The notes under the pieces were generated by a model. The model saw only the letters and a program-made list of their open reading frames with translations, did not search any database and was not told the DNA's origin. Shown here in pieces: positions 41,001 to 53,265 of a stretch of 64,000 nucleotides of DNA; position 1 is the first letter of the stretch, and each line of letters opens with the position of its first letter. The DNA comes from Octopus bimaculoides (taxonomy: Eukaryota), in the NCBI RefSeq assembly GCF_001194135.2, contig NC_068987.1, forward strand, positions 14,223,735-14,287,734, in the 5' to 3' direction. Made by a program: the position numbers and the translations under genes.

Positions 41001-41188
41001 ACACAAAAACCGTTAGATTCACTTCAACATTTAAATTTAATTTGCCAAAATATTTTCGTCGCTTTGAGACCGCGACCTGTTCACTGAAGCACGGAATTTT
41101 GTCAGTGAACAGGTCGCGGTCCCAAAGCGACGAAAATATTTTGGCAAATTAAATTTAAATGTTGAAGTGAATCTAACGGTTTTTGTGT
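41001..41188. repeat. inverted repeat with 87-bp arms and 14-nt spacer, inside a (TA)n-bounded element (~40885-41195)
   Basis: arms 41001-41087 and 41102-41188, one mismatch. Confidence 0.95.
41098..41148 (+). ncRNA. candidate minimal type I hammerhead ribozyme (G3-C8 core variant)
   Basis: stem I tttgtca/tggcaaa, core GUGAACA, extra G, stem II gtcgc/gcgac, GAAA, ATAT loop, UU cleavage site. Confidence 0.55.
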
Positions 41189-41305
41189 TTCTTTATATAT
41201 ATATATATATATATATATACATAGACACACACACACACATGTAGGTATGTTGATGCAAACAAGAAAAACTAGAACTCAAATTATGAGTATATTTATATTT
41301 TCATT

Positions 41306-41393
41306 AATATTTAGCAGAAGTAACAGAGTGACTCAAAATTCAAGAGTTCCGCGCCTCAGACTTTGAGTCACTCTGTTACTTCTGCTAAATATT
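41306..41393. repeat. perfect 32-bp inverted repeat with 24-nt spacer
   Basis: aatatttagcagaagtaacagagtgactcaaa and its exact reverse complement at 41362-41393. Confidence 0.95.
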
Positions 41394-44300
41394 GATCAAC
41401 AAGTCCTAGGGTCGATTTGTTCAACTAGAACCCTTGAAGATAGTGCTCCAGCATGGTTGCAGTCAAATGACTGAAACAAGTAAAAGAATATATATATATG
41501 TATGTATAATCATTAAATGTCTATGTTCCATGCTGGCATAGGTTAGATGATGGTTTGACAAAATCTGATGGGTCCAAGGACTGCATCATGTTACAATGCT
41601 TACCTAATGCTAACTATTTTACAACATGTACTGAGTACTTTTTTTTTTCATAGCACTGACATGAGTTATGCCACCATGCAGCTTGCAAAACTACAAACTT
41701 GAGATGGTGCTTGGCTTTATGCTATGAGATGTAGTGGTTGAAGTATGAGAGAATGGGTGGGATGCAGAGTAAGTTATGAAATTATGTACTTTGCCTAATA
41801 AATAAATAAATAAATAAAAATATTCTCATAGTTATTCATTTTTATTATTTCATCTTTTAATTTTTAAAAAATGTTAAACTAAGCAATTAATACTATAATG
41901 GGTGACAAAAAAGCCAATTACAGTACAGAAACCAAAGTTAAATTCTTGCACTGGTTACCAAACAAACAAACAAACAAACCTGTTGATGTCCAAATGAGTG
42001 CAGTGTAACTTTTGCATATTTCTTGATCTATAAATGTTTTTAGCCTTGTCACTTTAGCATTCTAATCTTCTTTTAAAACACTCCATTGGTCACAATAGCT
42101 GAGAAACACGATCGTATTGTTTCAGTGTTATTTTCTATAACGTGACTGAACCACTGTTTTCATGACTAACCTTCAACTACAAAGGAATGGAATGCTTTTC
42201 TGTCGGAACTAGCCTCATTATCTTTCAACAAGATGAACACAAAGTTGGCCTCGCCAGTATCAAAATCCTCACTGCACTCAATCTAGTGCTCTGTTGAGTT
42301 CTGGATACTGAAACTATAGGTAGCAATGCTATATACACTCTGACTGTGAGAGCATATGACCAAATGGTTCAGATGTTGCACTCATGATTATGAGAGTGTG
42401 GGTTCTATTCCTGGACTGGGTGATGCATTGTGTTCTCAAGCAAAACACTTCGTCTCACATTGTCCTGCAATCACTTCGATATCTGACATGTGGTGCACCT
42501 GTACAGGCAATGTCAATTTGATAGCAGGAGTTTGCCAATGTACTGCACATACACCTAATTACTATATACAAATTGTCTGTGCTTGTTATTCTTTAAGAAA
42601 TTGCTGAACCATCTTCCTTGGACTATGAGAGACTACCATCATCTTCACCACTATCATACTGTCTGACAGAGACCAGCAAAAATAAATTTAAAGTTATATG
42701 AACTCTTCTACACACTAATTTCTGAACAAGTCTCTCTCCTTAAACCAATGGTATTTTGTTATTTTATGGTGGGTCCAAGCAAGCAAGAAATTTAATATTT
42801 TCTATTATTTTAGCTCTAGCAATTGCCATTATTTCAATTAATTTTGAAAATAATAAAGAATTTAGTGAAATAGCTATTTATTAAGCTAATCTTTGGAATA
42901 ATCATCAAATTGAAATTTTGTTGGAAAGTTTTAATTTAGATAGCTGTAAATCGTAAAATTTGTAAAATTAGTACTAGGGGCAATCTTGAGCAGGTTGGTA
43001 TCAAAAAGGTTTATGAATGCAAGTCTAGTATGTATTGGGTGCATATGAATGGAAGGTCAAGGAATAGAGAGTGGTATCATCAGTGTAGGAGTGTGTGTGT
43101 GTGTGAAATGAATGGTAACAAGGAATGTCATTGATGTACCAGAGGAAGAATTGGTAAGACAAACTGAATCCTGAGGTACATCGGATTTGATGTAATGTAA
43201 GTTGGGAAGAGCAACAACATATTACAATAGAATGAATTGGTAGAAAATGTCTAAGCTATGAGACAGGGTACAGATGGGATCAATAAACTGATAGCTTTAG
43301 AGGTTCTGATGCCAGAGTTGAAAGATTTGCTGATGTGAAGGGCAACAATATTGTTCAAAATAAAGGCATTCGTTTATTTGTGTAAGGAAGAAAGTGTGTG
43401 CTAAATCTGACCCTATAAAAACTCTACAAGTAATTACTCAGAATAGTTTAACCTTTTTCTTAACACACACACATATGTATATTGAAATATACTGTTTCAA
43501 TTAATTGTTAAAATAACAAAGTATTAAAATAACATTGTCATTATTAGGATGATGTTTGGAATATAAATTAACAAGAAATTTTGATGGCAGGTTTTAATTT
43601 AGATGACTTTAAAACAAGGAAATTTGTGTCACAGCTAAGAGCAGTTTCAGGCAGATTGGTATCAAAAGAGTTAAGATGATAAAGTAAATGGCTGTTTGCA
43701 ATTATTCCCAGTTCTCTGTAGAGAACTGGGACTGAACCTAAGCCTTGATATAAGCTAATGGAATAGATTCTATCATGACTGGTCACTTAGTTGGGTTCAT
43801 TGTATTTGATGTATGTGGTAGTGAAATAAATGTAGTGAAGAACAAGAATTAGTGGTTTGTGCAGTGAGTGTGATGGAAAGGTCCCAGTTTTTGTTGAAGG
43901 CATTGCAGATAAGAAGATTTTGCATAATGGAAGTAATGTTAGTATTGTCTCTTTCATTACTCTCTCTTCTTTTACTAATTCATCCCAGCCACTGTTTGGC
44001 CATCATACTCTTTCTTTGTTGACCCTGTCATCCTAATTCACCTTCTCTGTTATTCATCCTCATAATCATGTCAGTTTAAAAGAACAGAGACAATGTGGAA
44101 TAATGAAAAGATTTTAATCTTGTGGGATACAACACAACATTATTAATGTTAGTTTCACAATAAAATACACTTAGTACATTCTGTAAAGTGGATGGCAAAT
44201 AAGCTGGGACACCTTAGTGTCAAGAAGATCCTTTAGTCTTTCCAAGGATTTGATAGCCTCTCTATTGCTGGTGCCTAGACTGTGAAGTGGTTGTTGTTTG

Positions 44301-46109
44301 GAAGGGCATCCAGCTGTAGAAATCACATAAGTGAGACATGGTCCTCTAACTTGTATATGAGGACAGTAATTCTGAGTAACAACTGACCTGGAGTGGTATA
44401 ATCTGTCCAGCCCATGCTTGCCTACAGAACAGACATGGTGATGTGATTTGTGAGAGACTTTGTTGCAATTCCTACTTGTTTAAAAGATCACATAGAAGCC
44501 TTTTTTCTTGGTCATAGTCTTAGATGCTGACTGAGTGTGGTGATTCCTTTAGCCCTGGATGTTTTAAGCATTTGCTTTTTATTTGGTCATATCTTTTTGT
44601 GATTTTTTCCTTTACCCTATTAATTCTCTTGTGTCTGATGGAAAGAAGGAGTCTAAAGTGTGAATATTTTCTTATTTTATGTTTTAGTGTTTGTGTAGTT
44701 TTTGGTGGCTGCTTTTCAAAAAATGCATGACAGGTGGGTTTCCTTGCTGTTGGAGTCTAGATATGTTATCTGCAGGTTATTAATGTCAAGTAGTTGTAGC
44801 TATTGTTCACGTTGTTAATTACTTGCTATTGTATTTAACTGTTTGTTTAGTGGTTCTATGTTAGATGCAAATATTTGACAAATATGGGTGGTGTGGGGTG
44901 AAGGGGAGTGCGTGGGAGATATTTTCTTTGTTATTTCATTTCTTAGTTCTTGATGTTGAACATATTTTGGTTGTAAGCAATGTTTCCTCTGCAAATTTTG
45001 CATTTTTTCTTTATTTGCAAAGTATGTGCCCATCCACATCAGTGGCCATCACTCAATTTTTTTCAGTAAAAAAAAAAAAAAAGTCCAATTTCAATTTGAA
45101 AACCTTGTGTGCACAGTTTACAGGGAACTCTGGTCATGAGCACTGCATTGTGTTTTACACACAAGCAAATAACTGTACTCATCATTATTGTTTAACATCT
45201 GTGTTCCATGTTTGGGTGGTTCCACAAGATTTGATTAGCTTAAGGGTTGTGTTGGTCTGCAGTGTCTGCTTTGGTAAGGTTTCAATGGCTGGATACCCTT
45301 CCTAATGCTAGCCATTTTACAAAGTATATCGGTTTTTCATGACACCAGCACTTGTGGGTTAACTAAGTAACCTGCTAGATAAGACTTCTTCACATAGTGG
45401 AGGTGCAGTATTCAAGCAGAAAGCATTGTGACAGGTGTAGTGAGGCTACAGTAGGAAGGAGAGACAGGAATAGGACTCCTGTTGTACAGAAGATACATGG
45501 GTACCTTTGCAAAAACAAAAGGAGAAAGGAAAGTAGAGATGGTACAAGAAGGTGGATAGAGTATAGGAAGAAATTGGAACAGAGAATTGAGATTGGCTGG
45601 GTAGGTGGATGGTGGGGGACACCAGAAGAGGGAACAATGCTTACAACTGAAATGTGTATACTAAGCATTAAGAACTAAGAAATGAAATAATTAAAAAAAA
45701 ATATCTGCCACAAACTCCTCCATAACACTCCCCTCTACATACAGTTGTCAAATATTTGTCTAACATAAAACCACTTCAACAGTAAAACACTTTAGTGTGT
45801 AATTAACAACGTCAGCAACTCTAACTGTAGCCACAACACTTCAAATTCAACAGTAACAACCTTCAGATAATATATCTATACCCAACAGTAAGTAAACCTC
45901 CTTATCAAATGTTTTTCGAAAATTACTTTCTTTGCCTTTTTTTAAAATCAATTTGGTTATTTCACTTGTATAATTGGGGTTGTATTTTGTTCCTTGTGTA
46001 ATATTATTCTGAAAGTAACTGTAATTTTTGTTTTTCCAATGTATTTACTGTATTGCCTATATTGTGTTTATGTTCTTGTTGATTTCTGCAAAATTCTCAA
46101 TTCTCTTTT

Positions 46110-46358
46110 GGTGGCACGTAAAATGCCCTATCTGAATGTGATCGATGCCAGGCCCGCTTGACTGGCTCCCATGCTGGTGGTATGTAAAAAGCACCCGCTA
46201 CATTCTTGGAGTGGTTGGTGTTAGGAAGGGCATCCAGCTGTAGAAACATTGCCAGATCAGATTGGTGCCTGGTGCATCCTCCTGGCTTTCCAGCCCTCAG
46301 TCAAACCATCCAACTCATGCCAGGATGGAAAACAGACGTTAAACGATGATGATGATGA
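46110..46358 (+). mobile_element. dispersed SINE-like repeat ending in (GAT)n (copies ~4640-4745, 27990-28310, 34770-35130, 63650-63840)
   Basis: shared gagtggttggtgttaggaagggcatccagctgtagaaa and gacgttaaacgatgatgatg tail. Confidence 0.75.
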
Positions 46359-47052
46359 CGAGTAGAAGCAAACTTTTTTTTTTTTTTCTCTTTTATGGAG
46401 TTTTCAAAATTTTATTTTGTTCATTGATATATGAGAGTACCTTTGAACACTTTTCATACTGCAGCTTTTGGGAATCCAGCAGGAAAATGTTATTACAGCT
46501 ACTTCTGATAGAACCATATGGAGGAAGTGCCTGAGGATTCTACCTCTGCAACCCTTCCAGGATTAGTGGGCTGGCAAACTAGATGGATTGATGTGTGAAT
46601 ATGCCCTGATGGTGATCACACGATCACAGACACATACTTCTGCACAGTTTCTATCTATCAAATTCACTTACAAGCATTAGTTGGCTCAAGCTGCTGCATA
46701 GTGGGACTGACCCCCACCCAAAATCACATAGTTGCAAAGCAAGCTTCGTAACCACACCATCATACCTTGGCCTATGTGTCTTGTCTTTAGATGTTATGCT
46801 GCCTTCTTCCTGCTTTTACATACACTGTCTTTGTCTAAGTCACTTATCTACAATGATTTCTTCGTCGATGTTTCTTTGTCCTCCTTATATATTATACTAT
46901 TTTGTTATTTCAGGGTTTTTGTCACCAGTAATGCATTAATGAAGGATGGCATTATCAAGAAGATATGCAACGTCAGTTATATAACCTTGAAGTTGTTTAT
47001 GAAATTATAAACAAAGGATTTCAATTTGCATTTAAGGGCAACAGACAGCATT

Positions 47053-48813
47053 ATGGCTGAGATATGTAAAAATGAAATTCAAGCTGATGAAACACAATCT
47101 GAAAATAAAGATATACGTCGTGAGACAGAGTTAGATGTAACGAAGAAATTGTACACCTGTGATGTATGTTTACTAATATTCTCCGATATTGGAAGTTTGA
47201 CTAATCACAAACATGTACACTCAGAGAAAAAACCATATCTGTGTAATGCCTGTGGCAAAACATTCTCACGGAAGACTAATTTAACCCGTCACAAACATAT
47301 ACACATAAGAGAAAAACCATGCCACTGTAATATCTGTGGTAAATCATTTTCATCGATTGAAAATTTATCTTCTCATAAAAGCACTCATTCAGTTAAGAGA
47401 CCACACCAGTGTAATGTCTGCGGTAAACGGTTTCCCAGAGGAGCAACATTAACTCGCCATAAACGTATTCACAATGATAAGAAACCATATCAATGTGACA
47501 CTTGTGGCAAAACCTTCTCACAGAATGGGAATTTAGCTTCTCATAAACTTGTTCACTCGGGAGAGAAACGATATCATTGTGATATTTGTAGTAAAACATT
47601 TTCCCGGAGTGAATATCTGAAACGACATATACGTGTTCACACAGGGGAAAAACCATATGAATGTGATATCTGTGGCAAGGCATTCTCTGGGAGTGCAAAC
47701 CTCACTTGTCATAAACGTAGGCACACAGGTGAGAAACCATACCATTGTGATATCTGTAGTAAATCATTCTCAACAAGTGGAACTTTATCTTGTCATAAGC
47801 GTATTCATTCAGGTGAGAAATCATATCAGTGTGATATCTGCGGTAAAACATTCTCTCAAAATGGACTGTTAGTTAATCACCGAAGTGTTCACACACGTGA
47901 GAAACCGTACTACTGTGACATCTGCGGTAAAAGATATTCTGTAAAAGGAGATTTAACACGTCACAGTCGGGTTCATACTGATAAGAAATCTAACCAGGGT
48001 GATAAAATCTGTGATAAAAAGATCACTGTCAGTGAAAATATAATTTCTCCTGAACTGATTGAGATAGAGAAACCACATCAGTGTGATATCTGTGGTAGAA
48101 GGTTTTCAGAGAATAGATATTTAATTATGCACAAGCATATTCATACAGGTGAGAAACCATATCAGAGTAATATCTGTGATAGAAAGATGGATGAAAATGA
48201 AAACTTAAATTCTCACTCGGAGAAATCGTACGAGTGTAATATCTGTGGTAAGATATTTGCACAGAAGAGATATTTAATTAGGCACACACATATTCACACA
48301 GGTGATAAACCATACCACTGCGACACATGTGGTAAAGCATTCTCTCAAAATGAGTATCTGACACTTCACAAACGTATTCACACAGGAGAAAAACCATATG
48401 TGTGTGATATTTGTGGTAAAGCATTCTCTACGAGTAAAAGTGCAACTCGTCACAAGCGTATTCACACAGGTGAGAAACCATATCACTGTGATGTCTGTGG
48501 TAAGACATTCTCCGAAAGTTCAAAATTAACTCGTCACAAAGATACACACACAGGTGTGAAGCCATATCACTGTGATATCTGTGGCAAAACCTTTTCAGTG
48601 AAAACAAATTTAACTCGTCACAATAATATACACAGAGGAGAAAATGCTTGTCACTGTGATGTGTGTGGTAAAACATTTTCAACAACCGAAGATTTGTCAT
48701 CTCATAAATCTATTCATTTAGATGAGAAACCATATCATTGTGATGTCTGTGGTAAAATATTTTCTGAAAGCAAAGCATTATCTGTCCATAAACGTAGTCA
48801 CATGGATGAGTAA
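47053..48813 (+). CDS. C2H2 zinc-finger protein, 586 aa, 18 intact fingers, paralog of 28854
   Basis: ATG at 47053 (track start 47026 is TTG); shares LD.TKKLYTCDVCLLIFSD.GSLT and FSGSANLTCHKR; acceptor tttcag at 46912-46913. Confidence 0.96.
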   Translation: MAEICKNEIQADETQSENKDIRRETELDVTKKLYTCDVCLLIFSDIGSLTNHKHVHSEKKPYLCNACGKTFSRKTNLTRHKHIHIREKPCHCNICGKSFSSIENLSSHKSTHSVKRPHQCNVCGKRFPRGATLTRHKRIHNDKKPYQCDTCGKTFSQNGNLASHKLVHSGEKRYHCDICSKTFSRSEYLKRHIRVHTGEKPYECDICGKAFSGSANLTCHKRRHTGEKPYHCDICSKSFSTSGTLSCHKRIHSGEKSYQCDICGKTFSQNGLLVNHRSVHTREKPYYCDICGKRYSVKGDLTRHSRVHTDKKSNQGDKICDKKITVSENIISPELIEIEKPHQCDICGRRFSENRYLIMHKHIHTGEKPYQSNICDRKMDENENLNSHSEKSYECNICGKIFAQKRYLIRHTHIHTGDKPYHCDTCGKAFSQNEYLTLHKRIHTGEKPYVCDICGKAFSTSKSATRHKRIHTGEKPYHCDVCGKTFSESSKLTRHKDTHTGVKPYHCDICGKTFSVKTNLTRHNNIHRGENACHCDVCGKTFSTTEDLSSHKSIHLDEKPYHCDVCGKIFSESKALSVHKRSHMDE

Positions 48814-49162
48814 GCATAATACTGTGATATCAGTGGTAAAATATTCTCTCAAAGCAGGCATTTAACTTATCACACATTTGAAAAAAAAAAACCACATCAC
48901 ACCACTGATGTCATTTAGTAAAATGTTTCTCCGAATGAATGTTTGAAATACTCCAAAGATATTCATAAAAGAAAAAACGAAAATTTGTGAATGTTATACC
49001 TTTGATAAAACATTCTCTGGAAGTCAAAAATCTTGTTATGAACGTATACTTCATGTAATAAAACTACCAATGTGATATCTGTGATAAATCATTTTTGATA
49101 AATTAAAGTATGTCTTGTCAAAAATGTACACTCAGGTCAGAAACCTTACCAGAGTGATATTA
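48814..49162 (+). pseudogene. fossil zinc fingers downstream of the stop codon
   Basis: YCDISGKIFSQSRHLTYH, KTFSGS, tgtgatatctgtgataaatcattt (CDICDKSF) and HSGQKPYQSDI remnants with stops and frameshifts. Confidence 0.85.
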
Positions 49163-51506
49163 ATTATTAACTGAAAGTCAACTATTTACTCCTCAGGGTC
49201 TCTACTAACTTCATGAAATCTTTGCATGGCTTCCAACTTCACACTGTTTATGCTTAACAAAACTCCCTATAAATTTTCCTTTCTCATACTTCCTGTTTCA
49301 CATAGATACAACCATTCTATCACATAGATACAAATCATTGTATCACATAGATAGAATAATTCTAAAATCACACTCTTCTGCAGTTGATTCTGCTCTTTAC
49401 TTCTTTAAAACATGTGGATATAGCAACATCCATGCATATCCTAAACATCTTATACCAGGCTTGAACAAGCTTCTTAACCCTTTTGTTACTATGCTTCTAT
49501 TAAACTACACTGCTTTTGTTTCAATTAATTCATTAAAAAAAAGCAATGAAGAATTTAGTAAAATAATTTCGTTATTATTAAAACTTTTGTTTGGAACTTA
49601 AATTTTAATTTTTAGGTTTTAATTTAGATCACTTTAGAACAAGAATCTTTTACAAGGTGTGACAAAAAAAAAAAAACCTCCCAGATTTATCACTCTTGAT
49701 AAATGTTTTAACAGCAAGCACACAGTGTGCACCAGTTCAAATCATAATGGTAATTGAAAGAAAAAAATAAAACATTAGCTACATGAAGACACTTACTGTC
49801 TGCTTAGTTTCACTAATAGCATGCCATTGGCTGTATAGAAATATGGGGGATCATTCTGTTGCATCCTGTATCAGAAAACCAAGGGACAGTCTAAGGTGGC
49901 CGGTATCAAAAGGATTAGATCAAGTTGTTTCAAATTTAACTCTTTCAATAGGGATATGACAATTCAGTTTCTTTCAACATCACAAAGACACATCTGTAAT
50001 CATAAGTAATACATAAAAAAAAAAAAATCACAGCCCCTACTTCATTTCACAATCGACAGTGATCTCTCATGACAGCTTGCTGTATTAAACATGTTATGCA
50101 ATCAGCAACTTGCTCTCTGGAGGTCTATGCTGTTCCTGAAAACATCAACTTAAAGATATTAGAAGGATCATATTTGATTGCATAAAAGATGCACAGGCAT
50201 ATCAGCTGCACCTCAGTTTCAGCAGCACATTCAAGGAAAAAAAAAATGTTTTTAGTGGATTAAAACTTATGGGTGGGGAGACAACTTTGCACATAGGACC
50301 TGGGGTGATTTTCTTTTGTAACATATTTTTTTAGAAAATAAGTGTCTTACATGCCATCAGGTATGGTGAATGTCTCATTTATCTAGAAGGTTCTGACTGA
50401 TTTTAAAAGAAGCCGCAATCATATATCCATATCCTCTTAGGAGATCCACTGCTTTGACAGAAGGGTTACTGCTATCTCTAGTTTTGGGCATCTACCATTG
50501 ACAAGGCCAGAGAAGACTGAAATCACATAACCTGATTGTCCCAGTGACGATAGTGGATGATTATCTCCTGCTAGTAATATAAACAGGAGTGCTTGTATGC
50601 ACCATTAGTCCACGAGAGCTTATCACCTAGTAAATAATAATGTTCTTACACAACATTCACTTTTAAGTGGGGATAAATATTACCTGTTGGAATGAATAGT
50701 GCTTCTGTCACTAATTATTGTTTTATTGTAACATCTTGGTAGAATTATTCTATAGGCAAAGGTATGGCTAAGAAGTTTTTAGCCTTGTGAATGGATTTAC
50801 TGGATGGAAACTAAAAGAAACCTCCTCTGTGTGTGTGTGCATCTATGCATGGGTGTATGTTTTTACTTGAGTCTCCTTGTCTTGGCATTGCATGATAGTT
50901 GTAAACAAACGTTAGTGTCATATATGCAGTGTCTTTCAATTCCAATCTTCTGTAAAAATGTGTGGCCATGAAGAAATTTTAGCTTCCTTGGAAACAAGAA
51001 GGGCATCAGAATATCGAAAAATCTGCCTCAATAAATTCCATGTGAACCTTGCAAGCATGTAAAAAATAGAAGCTAAATAATAGACAAATGTAATATTTTA
51101 CCATTCTTTGACTTTTAAAACATTCTGCTTTATCATATACCAAATGTTACATATAAATAACTGAGAAAGTTTTTGATAGAAATATTTAAATTAAATTTCA
51201 TAAATATAATTTTTCCCCAATGACATTTTTCCATTTTATTTTCTTAGATTGAAAGAAGTTGGAAGCTTTTTTTTTTTTTTTTAATAAACTTTGTACTGGA
51301 GTCCACTGCAACATTGTGTTAAGGCTTAATACAAATACTGTTTGACATGATAATCATTACCTTGGCCAGTTCTTAGTGTAAATGATAATTATTCTGTTAT
51401 CATTTCTAATTGTACTTTGTTAGAGTAGTAGTGTTTGAAAATGTGTTGTTGCATTTCCAATTGTTTTACTGTTCTAATTAAGCTAGTAATAAACATAATT
51501 ATTGCC

Positions 51507-51733
51507 ATGAGGGGGTGCTGAAAAGTTCCTGGCTTTAAGGATATCGGGGGAAAAATCCTGATTGGAAGCCCAACTTCCTGAGTTCTTTTACAGGGCTTAA
51601 AAAAACCGAAGGGACCACTGCAATATGTGTGTGAATCTTAGAAGGGAATATGTTGCATAAAATAATAATCAACTGATCCTCCTGTATTTTCTTTTACTCA
51701 AAGCCAGGAACTTTTAAGCACCCACCCCTTGTA
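51507..51733. mobile_element. Tc1/mariner-type MITE
   Basis: TIRs tgagggggtgctgaaaagttcctggcttt / reverse complement of aaagccaggaacttttaagcacccaccccttgta; TA at right end. Confidence 0.8.
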
Positions 51734-51949
51734 TATTGTTGATGATAAATACCTGTAGTTTGAAAAAATGATTTCATTTCCATATAACAGTTGTCCTGAT
51801 TCTTTTTCATCGAACATTATATATAAAGATTTAAATTGCCAAAAGAAAGAATATATATTAAAAAAAAAATTCATGTAAAATATAAAGAAAAAGGAAAACA
51901 TGAAACTCCTTTCAATATATATATATCAATGCTTTGTTTCAATTCTTTT

Positions 51950-52345
51950 TTATTTTACTCTCTTTACTCTTTTACTTGTTTCAGTCATTTGACTGTGGCC
52001 ATGCTGGAGCACCACCTTTTTAGTCGAGCAAATCGACCCCAGGACTTATTCTTTGTAAGCCTAGTACTTATTCTATTAGTCTCTTTTGCCGAACCGCTAA
52101 GTTACGGGGACATAAACACACAAGCATCGGTTGTTAAGCGATGTTGGGGAGACAAACAAACAAACACACACACACATATACGACAGGTTTCTTTCAGTTT
52201 CTGTCTACCAAATCCACTCACAGGGCTTTCGTCGGCCCGAGGCTATAGTAGAAGACACTTGCCCAAGGTGCCACGCAGTGGGAATGAACCCGGAACCATG
52301 TGGTTGATAAGCAAGTTACTTACCACGCAGCCACTCCTGCGCCTG
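51950..52345 (-). mobile_element. full-length tRNA-derived SINE (many copies, e.g. ~130-380, 26220-26360, 39690-39870, 55480-55660)
   Basis: head gcaggagtggctgcgtggtaagtaacttgc, internal (TG)n, tail gactgaaacaagtaaaagagtaaaaga. Confidence 0.85.
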
Positions 52346-52857
52346 AAAATAATTAAAAAAAAGAATTTTAATTTGATGTTTAAATTTGGAAATTTGATGT
52401 TTAAATGTTGAAAAGATGGAACCATTTGTAAGCTTTTCTGTTACTTGGGACTCTGTATAAAACAATATTTATGTATTTTTTGTAGCACATATATTTTATT
52501 AATATAGAATTTTATCAGGAGTCTCTACTCTATAGAGTGTGGTTAATGTTGAGAAAACAGAACTCTCCAGAAAAACAGTTGAAACTGTGTGAGGTGTATT
52601 TGGGTCCTGGATTGGGAGTTTAGTGAAATATTTAGGGTACTGGTAAATGCTTACAAGCACTCTCTTTGGAAACTACAGAAAGTAGCATTCATTATGAGAC
52701 AGGATATCTTTCGAGGAATTCAATTTGTTGGAAAGCTGCAGAAAAAGTATGAACAATGTGAAGTTGGTGACAGGAAGTGCATCTGGGTGTAGAAAATCTA
52801 CCTCAGCAAATTTCATCTGTCCCATGTCAGCATGGAAAAGTAAATATTAAAACCATG

Positions 52858-52897
<40 letters not shown>

Positions 52898-52951
52898 TTA
52901 TATATTCGTTTTGTAAGATTCTTGATGTGAAATCGTGTGTTGAAACAGATA

Positions 52952-53192
52952 TTGTATTTGAGGATGGTCATGTTGCCAGTTTAGCCAATAAAAATGGCTG
53001 ATCGTTAGTAAGGAAAGACACACAAATAAGAAAGAAGAAAGCAAAGGACCACTGATGAGGTCACAGAAGTGTGACGAAAGAACACTCTGGGCGAAATACG
53101 ATTAATGTAAAATAAAGCTGAAGCAAATTAACACCAAATATATGGTGCGTGTGTTTTTATTGGCTAAACTGGCAACATGACCATCCCCAAAT

Positions 53193-53196
<4 letters not shown>
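52952..53196. repeat. 43-bp inverted repeats enclosing ~160 bp that contain a hammerhead-like core
   Basis: arms 52952-52994 and 53154-53196, one mismatch; (TA)n on both sides; CTGATGA...GAAA at 53052-53079. Confidence 0.85.

Positions 53197-53265
<69 letters not shown>

Noticed and set aside
47026-47052. ORF-track start at 47026
   Set aside because: It is TTG; the ATG at 47053 aligns with the starts of the paralogs
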